From contig JBHOQU010000039.1 in NCBI GenBank assembly GCA_042408785.1, forward strand, positions 22,606 through 86,605: 64,000 bases of DNA. Reading direction: 5' to 3'. Shown here one piece after another: positions 19,554 to 27,995 of this stretch. The translations under genes and the position numbers were made by a program. Below the pieces are notes generated by a model. The model was not told the DNA's origin, did no database searches, and was given only the letters and a program-made list of their open reading frames with translations. Source of the DNA: Dehalococcoidia bacterium (GTDB taxonomy: Bacteria; Chloroflexota; Dehalococcoidia; JAUQQI01). Numbering within the stretch: position 1 is the first letter of the stretch; the number at the start of each line of letters is the position of its first letter.

Positions 19554-22500
19554 TTACCGAAAGCTGTGGGCGGCGCCGACCTCCCCCAGGGCGGCCAGGC
19601 CCGGCGGCTCGATAAGCCGAAGGTCCCACCCGCCCGGCCCGCTTTGCCCGGCCGCCGGCATGCCGGCGGCCGGCACCCGGAGCCGGCGGACCTCCTCGGC
19701 CAGGAGGGAAAGGCTGCCCCGACTCCGGTTGACCCGACCCGAAACCACCAGCAGGGGCGCCGTCCGGACGGTGTCCCGGTGCCGCTTGTAGAGGCCGGGC
19801 AGGATAACCACGTCGGCCTCGCCGAACTCATCGTGCAGGGTTATAAAGCAGATGCCCCGGGCATTTTCGGGCCGCTGGCGAGCAACCACCAGCCCGGCCA
19901 CCACCACCCGGGTCCCGTCGGGCAGGCCGCCGAGGGCCCCCAGCGGAATCACGCCCTCCCCCAGGGCCGGACGGAGCAGGGCCAGGGGGTGGTAGGCCGT
20001 CGAGAGGCCCATCACCCGGTAGTCGGCCAGCATCCGGTCCCAGCTGGACATCTCCGGGAGGCGGGGTAGGCGGCCCGGGTCCAGGGGAAGGGCCGGCTGC
20101 CAGGCCCTGCCGGCCCGGCGGCCCCCCAGAACCAGCCCCAGCTGCCAGAGGAGCTCCCGGCGGCCGAGGCCGAAGGAATCGCAGGCGCCGACCAGAATCA
20201 GGTTTTCCAGGGCCTGCCGGGGTAGGCTCACCCGGCGCGCCAGGTCACCCAGCCACCGGAAGGGGCCGTCCCGCCGGGCCTCCGCGATGGCCCGGGCCCC
20301 GGCCTCCCCGATCCCCTTAACGAAGGCCAGGCCCAGCCGCACCGCCCCGCCCTCGATGGTGCATTTGGTCTGACTCAGGTTAACATCCGGCGGCAGGACC
20401 ACCACCCCGTGACGCTGGGCATCTTTTATAAGCACATCCGGGGCGTAAAAGCCCAAGGGATAGTTATTAAGCAGGGCGCAGAGAAACTCGGCCGGGTAAT
20501 AAAGCTTCAGCCAGGCCGTCTGGTAGGCAAGCTGGGCGAAGGCCACGGCGTGGGACTGGGGGTAGCCGTAGGCCGAAAATCCCCGGATCTTGTCGAAGAC
20601 CCGGCGGGCCGTCGCCTCGGGGATCCCCTGGGCCAGGGCCCCCTGACGGAAGTCTTCCCAGAAGGCGGCAATCGCCGCCTCCGACCGGCGGCGGGAGAGG
20701 GCCCGGCGCAGGGCATCGGCCCTGGCCGGCGAGAATCCCCCGATGGCCATGGCCGCCTGGATGGCCTGGTCCTGGTAGACCATCACCCCGTAGGTGTGGG
20801 CCAGGTAAGGCTCCAGCTTCGGGTGGTCGTAGGTTACCGGCTCGAGGCCGTGCTTGCGGCGGGCGTAGATCCGGCCGCCCCCGCCGTTTCCCGGCCCCGG
20901 CCGGACCAGGGCGTCCTGGTCGGCCAGCTCCTTGAGGTTGCGGGGCCTGGTCTGGACCAGGAGCTGGCGCTGGGCCCGGCTCCCCATCTGGAAGGTTCCG
21001 ATGGTGTCGGCCCGGCCGAGCATGTCGTAGACGGCCGGGTCGTCGAAGGGGATTCGGCTCAGGTCGATGAGGGGGCCGCCGTTTTCGGCGATAAGGTCCA
21101 CCGCCTCCTCCACGGCGGAAAGCATCCCCAGGGAGAGAAAGTCGATTTTGGCAAAGCCGGCGTCCTCGCACGAGTCCTTATCCCACTGGCAGATAAACCG
21201 GCCGGGAATGGCCGCCGGGATGATGGGAACCATCTCGATGAGGGGTGTGGAAGAGATGACCATCCCCCCGATGTGCTGTCCGAGCTGCCGGGGAAAGCCG
21301 GCCAGGGCCTCCACCAGGTCGGCGAACCGGGCCCAGAGGGCCTCCCCGAGGCGAGCCCGGTATTCGGGCCGGCGCCGAAGCTCGGCCCGGATCGCCCGGG
21401 CCGAGCCGTCTTCGCACAGCCGGGCCAGCCGGTCCACCTCCCCGGCCGGCAGGCCGAGGGCCTTCCCCACCGCCCGCACTGCCCCCCGCAGCCGGAAGGT
21501 GGAAACGGCGGCCACCAGGGCGGCGTGCTCGGGGCCGTAATGCTGGTAGATGCGCAGGATAACCCGCTCCCGAATTTCCCGGGGCATGTCGATGTCGATG
21601 TCGGGCAGCGACTGCATCCCCTCGTTGAGAAAACGCCCCAGGAAGAGGTTGGCGGCGACGGGGTCCACCCGGGACAGGCCGATAAGGTAGCAGACCAGGG
21701 ACGAGACCGAGCTTCCCCGGCCGAGGACGGGGCTGACCGGGGCCGAACCCCGCACCTCCGCCGCCACCTCCCGGATGAGGCGGACGATGTCCCGGTAAAC
21801 CAGGAAAAAGCCGGCCAGGTTGTGGCCGGCAATAAGCCTGAGTTCCTCCTCGAGCCGCTCCCGGGCCCGCCGGTAAAGAACCGGGTCGGTAAAGCGGTTA
21901 TAAACCTCATCCAGCCGCCGGCGGCAGTACTCGGCCAGGATCACATCGGCCGGCCGGTCGCCTTCGGCCTGGAAGTCCGGCAGCCGGTAGCCCAGGTCCC
22001 GGGTCAGGTCGAAGCCGGCGAGCCGTTCGGCCAGCTCCCGGGCATTTCTGACCGCCTCCGGGTAATCGGCAAAGGCCGCCTCCAGCTCGGCCGGCGGCCG
22101 GAGATAAAACCGGTCGTTGGGGTAGCAAAGCTGCCCGGCCAGGTCGAGGGGCCGGTTGTGATGGATGGCGACCAGGGCGCCCTGAAGCAGGCCCCGGTCC
22201 GGGCGGTGGTAGTGAACGTCGCCCGTGGCGACCAGCCCGACCCCAAACTCCCCGGCTAGGGCCTCCAGGGCCCGGTTGCGGGCCCGGTCCCCCGGGGCCA
22301 GGTTGTTCTGGACCTCAAAGAAAAGGTTTTGGGAACCGAAAAGGTCCAGGTAGCGGCGGATGAGGTCCCGGGCCGCCGTCCTATCAGCCCCTTCGATAAG
22401 CCGGGCCAGGTCGCTCCGGCGGCCGCCGGTAAGACAGACCAGCCCCTCCGTCCGCCCGGAGAGCTCCGCCGGGTCCAGGGCCGGCCGACGCCGGTCGGCC

Positions 22501-22787
22501 CGGTGGGCCAGGCTGATGAGCCGGCAGAGGTTGGCATAGCCCCGCCGGCTTTCGGCCAGGAGCACCAGCCGGCCGCCGGTTCGGAGGGTGATTTCGGCCC
22601 CGGTAACCGGCCGGATCCCCCAGGCTTTGGCCGCCAGCGCAAACTCCAGAGCCCCGGCCAGGCTATCCCGGTCGGTAACGGCCAGGATTTTATAGCCCAG
22701 CTCGGCCGCCCGGGTAATATATTCTTCCGGCAGGGATGCCCCCTGCCCGAAGGAATAGGCCGTGTGAAGGTGAAGCTCGACGTCCAC
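19554..22787 (-). CDS. dnaE2: error-prone DNA polymerase III alpha-like subunit DnaE2 (ImuC)
   Basis: About 1077 aa. PHP-domain start VELHLHTAYSFGQGAS, Pol III alpha core, and an OB-fold C-terminus. GTG at 22785-22787 lies 4 nt after the upstream stop. The ORF-track extension to 22982 is out-of-frame overlap. Confidence 0.9.
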   Translation of the reverse strand: MDVELHLHTAYSFGQGASLPEEYITRAAELGYKILAVTDRDSLAGALEFALAAKAWGIRPVTGAEITLRTGGRLVLLAESRRGYANLCRLISLAHRADRRRPALDPAELSGRTEGLVCLTGGRRSDLARLIEGADRTAARDLIRRYLDLFGSQNLFFEVQNNLAPGDRARNRALEALAGEFGVGLVATGDVHYHRPDRGLLQGALVAIHHNRPLDLAGQLCYPNDRFYLRPPAELEAAFADYPEAVRNARELAERLAGFDLTRDLGYRLPDFQAEGDRPADVILAEYCRRRLDEVYNRFTDPVLYRRARERLEEELRLIAGHNLAGFFLVYRDIVRLIREVAAEVRGSAPVSPVLGRGSSVSSLVCYLIGLSRVDPVAANLFLGRFLNEGMQSLPDIDIDMPREIRERVILRIYQHYGPEHAALVAAVSTFRLRGAVRAVGKALGLPAGEVDRLARLCEDGSARAIRAELRRRPEYRARLGEALWARFADLVEALAGFPRQLGQHIGGMVISSTPLIEMVPIIPAAIPGRFICQWDKDSCEDAGFAKIDFLSLGMLSAVEEAVDLIAENGGPLIDLSRIPFDDPAVYDMLGRADTIGTFQMGSRAQRQLLVQTRPRNLKELADQDALVRPGPGNGGGGRIYARRKHGLEPVTYDHPKLEPYLAHTYGVMVYQDQAIQAAMAIGGFSPARADALRRALSRRRSEAAIAAFWEDFRQGALAQGIPEATARRVFDKIRGFSAYGYPQSHAVAFAQLAYQTAWLKLYYPAEFLCALLNNYPLGFYAPDVLIKDAQRHGVVVLPPDVNLSQTKCTIEGGAVRLGLAFVKGIGEAGARAIAEARRDGPFRWLGDLARRVSLPRQALENLILVGACDSFGLGRRELLWQLGLVLGGRRAGRAWQPALPLDPGRLPRLPEMSSWDRMLADYRVMGLSTAYHPLALLRPALGEGVIPLGALGGLPDGTRVVVAGLVVARQRPENARGICFITLHDEFGEADVVILPGLYKRHRDTVRTAPLLVVSGRVNRSRGSLSLLAEEVRRLRVPAAGMPAAGQSGPGGWDLRLIEPPGLAALGEVGAAHSFR

Positions 22788-22791
22788 CGCC

Positions 22792-23025
22792 CTACCCCCA
22801 CCCGCCCTGCTCGAACCAGCGGCCGGCCGACTCATCATAAAAGACCGTGAGCCGCCGGCCGTTAACCAGAAGCAGCCTGAAGTACGAACGCCGAACCGGG
22901 GCGTCTGTCCAGAGCCGGTCGGTGAGCTCCCAGCGGTCCAGGATGGCCGCAACCCCGACCAGGGGCCTGCCCCGGCGGGCAACGGCCGCCGGGAGGCCGT
23001 CCCGGGTGGTAACCCGGACCGGCAC
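22792..23025 (-). CDS. small protein resembling the C-terminal module of ImuB (DUF6504-like)
   Basis: VPVRVTTRDG...RWELTDRLWTDAPVRRSYFRLLLVNGRRLTVFYDESAGRWFEQG. GTG at 23023-23025 lies 8 nt after the imuB stop. An alternative TTG at 23091 overlaps imuB by 58 nt. Confidence 0.55.
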   Translation of the reverse strand: MPVRVTTRDGLPAAVARRGRPLVGVAAILDRWELTDRLWTDAPVRRSYFRLLLVNGRRLTVFYDESAGRWFEQGGWG

Positions 23026-23033
23026 CGGCCGGT

Positions 23034-24251
23034 TCAGAAAGCGAAGTCGACTTCCACCAGGGCAAAGCGGCGCTCGGGTAGCCTGCTCCAAGGGTCAACC
23101 TCCCGGATAAAGCCGAGGTTTGGGCGGCCGTAGCGGGCCTTTAGCTGTTCCGCCACCCCCTTAAGCCACTCCCACCGCCCCCCAAGGCCCGGCCAGAAGC
23201 GAACCTGCCGGGCCGGCTCCCCGGCGGCCGCCTCGAGTTTAAGCCCGATGCCGGCCACCGCCACCCCACCCGCCCCCCGGCGGTTGGGCCCGGCCAGGAG
23301 GGCTTCCAGGGCCCGGACCAGCCCCGGCTCGAGGGACTCGGCCCGGGCCGAAGGGGTTTTAAAAACCAGGCGGCGCTCCAGCACTGGCCCCCGGTCTGGC
23401 CGGAGCCGGAGCCAGGCCCGGACAACGGCCCGGCCCCGAAGCTCGGGCCGCCCCAGGGCCTGCCTGAGGAGCCGGCAAAGGACCAGCCTGACGGCATCGA
23501 AGGTTATCAGGGGTTCGAAAAAGTCGGCGGCCTCGGTAACGGCCGGCGGTCGGGGCCGGGGCTTAAGGGGCACGGCGTCGACGCCCCTGAGGAGGTCGAA
23601 AAGCCGGTCCCCTTCCCAGCCGAACTGGGCGATAAGGTCGGCCCGGCCGAAGGCCAGAAGCTCCCCGGCCCTTGTAATGCCGAGGAGCCCGAGCCGGCGC
23701 CGGGCCTCCGCCGATACCGGCAAGAGGTCCGCCGGCGTCCGGTCCAGCAGCCGGGCGATTTCGGCCGGGTCCACCGCCCGAAAGCCTCCGGGCCGGCAGG
23801 CGGCGGCCGCAAGCCGGGCGATGAATCGGCCGGGTCCGACCCCCACGGCGGCGGGGTAGTCACCGGCGGCCCGCCGAAGCCGCCGGGCCAGGCCCGCCAG
23901 CCCGCCGTAAAGGTTGACCAGGCCGTCGGCCGCCACGTAGGCACATCCCGGCTCCGCCGGCTCCACCACCGGGCTTACGGTTTCCAGGGCCTCCAGCAGA
24001 TTCGAAAACTCATCGTCGTAGTAAAGATGGTCGGCCGGAAGGACCGTCAGGCCCGGACAGACGGCCTGGGCCTCCCGCAGGCCCATCCCCACCCGCACCC
24101 CGCCGGCCCGGGCCTCGGGCGAGGCGTCGACCACAACCCGCCGCCCCGCCGGGTCGCCGACAAGGGCTACTGGCCGGCCGTTAAGGCCGGGGTTTCTGCA
24201 GGCCTCGCAGACCCAGCGAAAATTCCGGACCAGCACGCACCCCACCAGCAC
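23034..24251 (-). CDS. imuB: ImuB-like Y-family DNA polymerase homologue
   Basis: RPVALVGD...VVDASPEARAGGVRVGMGLREAQAVCPGL is a Y-family palm-like N-terminus. The position directly upstream of dnaE2 fits ImuB. GTG at 24249-24251 is preceded by AGGGGGTGG. Confidence 0.8.
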   Translation of the reverse strand: MLVGCVLVRNFRWVCEACRNPGLNGRPVALVGDPAGRRVVVDASPEARAGGVRVGMGLREAQAVCPGLTVLPADHLYYDDEFSNLLEALETVSPVVEPAEPGCAYVAADGLVNLYGGLAGLARRLRRAAGDYPAAVGVGPGRFIARLAAAACRPGGFRAVDPAEIARLLDRTPADLLPVSAEARRRLGLLGITRAGELLAFGRADLIAQFGWEGDRLFDLLRGVDAVPLKPRPRPPAVTEAADFFEPLITFDAVRLVLCRLLRQALGRPELRGRAVVRAWLRLRPDRGPVLERRLVFKTPSARAESLEPGLVRALEALLAGPNRRGAGGVAVAGIGLKLEAAAGEPARQVRFWPGLGGRWEWLKGVAEQLKARYGRPNLGFIREVDPWSRLPERRFALVEVDFAF

Positions 24252-24261
24252 GGTCCACCCC

Positions 24262-24516
24262 CTAAGTTCGGGACGCCAAACCGGCCCGCACCCCGGAGTA
24301 GAGGCCGCTGGCGGCCAGCCCGGCAATTATGCCCGTAAGGATCCCCTCCGGGGCCGGCCGGCCCAGGCTTAAGGCGACCCCCACGTTGAGGCCGACCCCG
24401 AAGCCCAGGGCCAGAAGCGGATACCAGCGGCTGTCCTTAACCCAGAGCTTGGCAACCTCCACCAGGCCGACGATGACCGGAACCCCGGCCAGGCCGATGA
24501 ATTCCCGAACGTCCAA
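24262..24516 (-). CDS. phage holin-like 3-TM protein (A118/Phage_holin_1-like architecture)
   Basis: 84 aa, TTG start with GGAAAGGGGG RBS. Three TM segments and a GIIAGLAASGLYSGV third helix, as in small Gram-positive phage holins. Confidence 0.6.
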   Translation of the reverse strand: MDVREFIGLAGVPVIVGLVEVAKLWVKDSRWYPLLALGFGVGLNVGVALSLGRPAPEGILTGIIAGLAASGLYSGVRAGLASRT

Positions 24517-24534
24517 GGCTTACACCCCCTTTCC

Positions 24535-24552
24535 GTGTTTCACGTGAAACAC
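24535..24552. promoter_or_regulatory. perfect 18-bp palindrome GTGTTTCACGTGAAACAC (candidate operator)
   Basis: Read directly. It sits between the stop of the 71-aa gene (24555) and the RBS of the holin-like gene. Confidence 0.4.
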
Positions 24553-24554
24553 CC

Positions 24555-24770
24555 CTAGGCCCAGACGGCCACCACAACTTCCTGCTCCCCGCCCAGGGGT
24601 CCCGGACCCGCCACCAGCACCCGCCGGCCGGGGACCATCTCGGCGGCCGGAATCCCCCGGCTGGCGGCGACCACCACCGCCCCGGTCGGGCTCCCCACCG
24701 GGCGGACGGTGGCCCGGTACGTGGCGCCGTCGAAGCCGGTTAAGATTCCCCACCAGACCTCGAAGTTCAC
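24555..24770 (-). CDS. small beta-rich phage-like protein, hypothetical
   Basis: 71 aa. The GTG overlaps the stop of the upstream 650-aa gene (GTGA). Reads VNFEVWWGILTGFDGATYRATVRPVG.... The remainder of track ORF 24555-25316 is a shadow frame. Confidence 0.5.
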   Translation of the reverse strand: MNFEVWWGILTGFDGATYRATVRPVGSPTGAVVVAASRGIPAAEMVPGRRVLVAGPGPLGGEQEVVVAVWA

Positions 24771-26719
24771 CCCACACCCCCCAGCAGAAGCTCCTGCTCG
24801 TAGCGGCCGGAGCCGTACTTTACCCGCAGGCCAAGGACCCTTCCCCGCCGCCCCGACACCCCGGCCGCCGGGTCGTTCACCTCCACCACGTCCCCGACTT
24901 CCAGCCCGGGGTGCGGCCGGATCACCACCCGGTCCTGCCGGGCCGACCTTGTCCCCCGGCCGGCCAGGGCTTCGGCCAGGTCGGCCAGGGCCGCCGGGGA
25001 GCGGCCGGGCTCGTAGTCCGACCCCAGCCGGAAAAAGACCCCGCCGGCCGACCCCGCCCCGGCCAGACGCTGGGCCGCCGCCGTTTCCGAGACGGCCCGG
25101 GCCCAGTCCGGGTCGGCCGAAAGGTCGGCGTATTCGCCGGCCAGCAGGGGCCAGTCCTCCGGCCCGACCCCCAGAACGGCCGGGTCCGCGGCCTCCCAGG
25201 CTACGGCCAGAACCCCGGGGCCGTCCGGCCGAAGGACCTCCCGCAGCCCCCCGGCCAGGGCCCGCCAGGCCGGGTAGAGGGACTGGCCGGGCAGGACCCG
25301 CAGGCCGGGATACCACCGGGTCGACGAATCGGAGCCGGCGGCCTGGCCGATTTCAAACCCGGCCAGGCCGCCGATGGCGTCCAGAATCTGCCGGGCCGAG
25401 GCGGTCCCGGCCGGATACTGGAGGGAAAACATCAGCCGGGTGGCTTTAAGCAGGACGGCGTAACCCTCGGCCGCCAGGGTCAAGGTCCCGGGGCCCGGCC
25501 GGACGGCCGTAAGCCAGTAGGTGGGGGGCGCGGCGGTGACCTTCTCGGCCCCCGCCGCCGTCACATAGCCCGGGTAGACCTGGAGCTGACCGCCCGGCCG
25601 CAGGCCCGAGTAGGCCCCGTGGTCGTTCCGGAGGGTGGCCGTCAGCCGGCCCCCTTCCGGGTCCTGGGTATAATCGAGGCTTAAGATGTCGGCGAAGGGC
25701 ACCGTCAGGAAGGCCGCCTGCGGGGCCGACCAGACCCCGCCGGCCGTGCAGGCCCAGACCCGCCCCCCGGACAGGCCGGCGATGGCCGCCCCGTAACTGC
25801 CCGGGGCGGCCCCGGCCCGGTCCTGGGGAAGCAAAGGCGATGGGGCCCGCCAGCGGCCGGCCGTAAAGCCTGCGGGCGGGTAGACGTCGCGCTGAAGGAG
25901 GGTCGAAGCCCCGCCGAAGCCGAGCACATAGGTGAGCCTGAGGGTATCTGCCAGGGCCAGCCTGGGGTATTTAAACTCCAGGGCCGCGTCCGGGTCGGCC
26001 TGCTCCAGGGGGTAAAGGCCGCCCCAGGCCCCGCCCCCGTTAAGGTCGAAGGTGGTCCAGCTCAGAATCGGCCGGTTAGCAGGGTCTTTCCCGGCCACAA
26101 CAACCAAATAGCGGTCGAAGGCCCAGACCGCCGTCAGGTGGGCGATTTGCCCGAATGCCGTCGGGTGGCTTACGGCGGGCTGCCAGCCCAGGGCCCGGCC
26201 CCACTTCCGGGCCCGGAGGGTATTGCCCCCGGCGGCCCGGTAGAAAACGGCAAAGTTGTCGGGGTCCTTATAGGCGGCCGCCAGGGGTGGGGCGCCGTCG
26301 TGGGCCGGAACGGCCGCCCCGGCCGGCCAGCTGAGGCCGTAGTCGGGGCTCTCCCGGTAGGTGAGGGTTCCGGACCCGTCGTCGGAAAGCCAGAGCACGT
26401 AAGGGCCGGGGGAGGCGGCCAGGGCCTCGGCAGTCCCGGCCGGTCCCAGGTCCTGCCAGCCGCCGAAGGCGGCCGCCGGGGTCGGGTTGGGAACCCGGGC
26501 GTACTGCCGGGCCGAGCCGGGTTCCCCGTAGCGCAGCCGGAGCAGGCTCCCGTCGGCCGCCACGGCCGCCTGGATGTTCCGGTCGGCCGGGTCGGCGTAG
26601 TGGCGCTCGTAGCGGTGGTTGTCGACGTTGCCCCAGCGGTCGGCGTAGGCCAGCTCCACGTAGGGGGTGGCGGCCGGGGCCTTTGCGGCGGCCAGGAGGG
26701 TTGGGCTTACCGACCGCAT
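24767..26719 (-). CDS. phage tail / host-recognition-like protein with BNR (Asp-box) repeats
   Basis: 650 aa from the ATG at 26717-26719, 2 nt after the SLT stop. Asp-box SPDYGLSW and a weaker LSDDGSGT. The C-terminal part ends like tail hub/baseplate proteins (VVIRPHPGLEVGDVVEV...YEQELLLGG). Confidence 0.55.
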   Translation of the reverse strand: MRSVSPTLLAAAKAPAATPYVELAYADRWGNVDNHRYERHYADPADRNIQAAVAADGSLLRLRYGEPGSARQYARVPNPTPAAAFGGWQDLGPAGTAEALAASPGPYVLWLSDDGSGTLTYRESPDYGLSWPAGAAVPAHDGAPPLAAAYKDPDNFAVFYRAAGGNTLRARKWGRALGWQPAVSHPTAFGQIAHLTAVWAFDRYLVVVAGKDPANRPILSWTTFDLNGGGAWGGLYPLEQADPDAALEFKYPRLALADTLRLTYVLGFGGASTLLQRDVYPPAGFTAGRWRAPSPLLPQDRAGAAPGSYGAAIAGLSGGRVWACTAGGVWSAPQAAFLTVPFADILSLDYTQDPEGGRLTATLRNDHGAYSGLRPGGQLQVYPGYVTAAGAEKVTAAPPTYWLTAVRPGPGTLTLAAEGYAVLLKATRLMFSLQYPAGTASARQILDAIGGLAGFEIGQAAGSDSSTRWYPGLRVLPGQSLYPAWRALAGGLREVLRPDGPGVLAVAWEAADPAVLGVGPEDWPLLAGEYADLSADPDWARAVSETAAAQRLAGAGSAGGVFFRLGSDYEPGRSPAALADLAEALAGRGTRSARQDRVVIRPHPGLEVGDVVEVNDPAAGVSGRRGRVLGLRVKYGSGRYEQELLLGGVG

Positions 26720-26721
26720 CT

Positions 26722-27126
26722 TCAGCCGCCGTAGAGGATGAGCCGCAGGTACCTGCGGGTCTCCTCGGGCAGGATGAGCCACCAGCGGTCGCCGTAGCGG
26801 CGGATGCCCCGGTCCACCCGACCCCGCCCGCTGTTGTAGGCGGCCAGGGCCTTGGCATAATCGCCCCCGAAGTGGTCCAGATACTCCCGCATCAGCCGGG
26901 CTGCGTACCGGAGGGAGGCCTCCGGGTCGTACGGGTCCACGTCCGGGTGAAATTCCGGCACGATCTGGGCGATGCCCACCGCTCCGGCCGGGGAGATGGC
27001 GTTCGGGTCAAAACCCGATTCCAGGTCAATCTGCCGGACGAAGAGGGCCGGGTCGACCCCCTCGTTCTGGGCCGCCGCCCAGGCGTAGTCGTGGTAGTAA
27101 GAGTAGTCCTTCGGCCGCTCAGGCAT
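26722..27126 (-). CDS. lytic transglycosylase (SLT domain)
   Basis: 134 aa with the catalytic-Glu context QIDLESGFDPNA, plus GIAQIVP and AYNSG motifs. Confidence 0.85.
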   Translation of the reverse strand: MPERPKDYSYYHDYAWAAAQNEGVDPALFVRQIDLESGFDPNAISPAGAVGIAQIVPEFHPDVDPYDPEASLRYAARLMREYLDHFGGDYAKALAAYNSGRGRVDRGIRRYGDRWWLILPEETRRYLRLILYGG

Positions 27127-27742
27127 CGCTTTTGCCTCCGTTAGAGGTTGGGATGTGAAGGCGCGAAGACCTTACCCGACCGGTGCGCCCCCGCCTGGCC
27201 AGCTCGGACCGAAACCTGGCCAGGGTTGCCTCGGCCCACTTTAAGAAGTCGGCCTGGGCGCTGCGGGTAAGGTTCACCCGGTTGATGGCGTGGTTGGCCA
27301 GGGCCCGGACGGCGTACCCGGCCGCCCCGAGGAGCAGAAGCTCCTCCTGGTCGGGGCTTAACGTCGAGCCGGTGTCGGTCAGGGTGTGCCGGCCGAGCCA
27401 GCAAACCCGGACCTGCGCCCCGGCCGCCGGGGGCGAATCCACCAGCAGGGTGAGGGTGCTGGCCCGGCGGGCCCAGCCGACGTAAGCCGGCGGAAACAGC
27501 CCGGCCGGGTACTCCACCGCCTCAACGACCAGAAGCCCGGCCAGGCCCGAAAGGTCGACCTCCCGGGTGCCGCCCGGCATGATGAGGTCGGTCTGCTGCT
27601 CCCGGGGCATCCCCACGCTCAGGTCGGAGAGGGCCCGGTCCAGGTGGCGGTCAAGCTCGGCATCGGACCAGCGCTGGGCGGCCGGGTCCTCGTCCTTAAG
27701 CTCCCGCCGCAGCCGGGCCCGCAGTTCGGTTCGGGTGCTCAT
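27119..27742 (-). CDS. phage head-tail adaptor/connector-like protein, hypothetical
   Basis: 207 aa. The N-terminal LRARLRRELKDED...RWSDAELDRHLDRAL pattern is common in phage adaptor proteins. Position is downstream of the capsid gene. Confidence 0.4.
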   Translation of the reverse strand: MSTRTELRARLRRELKDEDPAAQRWSDAELDRHLDRALSDLSVGMPREQQTDLIMPGGTREVDLSGLAGLLVVEAVEYPAGLFPPAYVGWARRASTLTLLVDSPPAAGAQVRVCWLGRHTLTDTGSTLSPDQEELLLLGAAGYAVRALANHAINRVNLTRSAQADFLKWAEATLARFRSELARRGRTGRVRSSRLHIPTSNGGKSDA

Positions 27743-27757
27743 CGCCGGCTCCGAATA

Positions 27758-27982
27758 CTACTCCGGTCCGGGCAGGGATAGGCCCAGGTCGATGAGCCGG
27801 TGCCGCCGGTCGACCTGCTGAAACTCCCGGAAGAGGCTTTCGGCCGGGCCGGCCTCGCACCAGGCCCGGTAGCGGATGGCCCCGGCCTCGGGGGAGGTTT
27901 TTAAAACCTCGATGAGCCGGCGGTAGACCCGCTCGAGGACCTCCGGCCGGTGGGCGTGGACGATGATAACGCCTTTAAACAT
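27758..27982 (-). CDS. hypothetical small phage-associated protein
   Basis: 74 aa, 13 nt after the capsid gene stop. No motif recognised. Confidence 0.4.
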   Translation of the reverse strand: MFKGVIIVHAHRPEVLERVYRRLIEVLKTSPEAGAIRYRAWCEAGPAESLFREFQQVDRRHRLIDLGLSLPGPE

Positions 27983-27995
27983 CGGACCCTTCCCC

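Noticed and set aside
20409-22259. 616-aa ORF antisense to dnaE2
   Set aside because: Low-complexity G/P/R/V composition. The opposite strand carries clear Pol III alpha motifs.
22788-22982. N-terminal 65-codon extension of the dnaE2 ORF
   Set aside because: It overlaps the upstream small ORF out of frame. The PHP domain begins right at the GTG at 22787, which is preceded by a G-rich RBS.
24771-25316. Upstream part of the 253-aa Gly/Pro/Arg-rich ORF 24555-25316
   Set aside because: It is a shadow frame inside the 650-aa tail-like gene. Only the last 71 codons (24555-24770), which start at a GTG coupled to the upstream stop, look like a gene.
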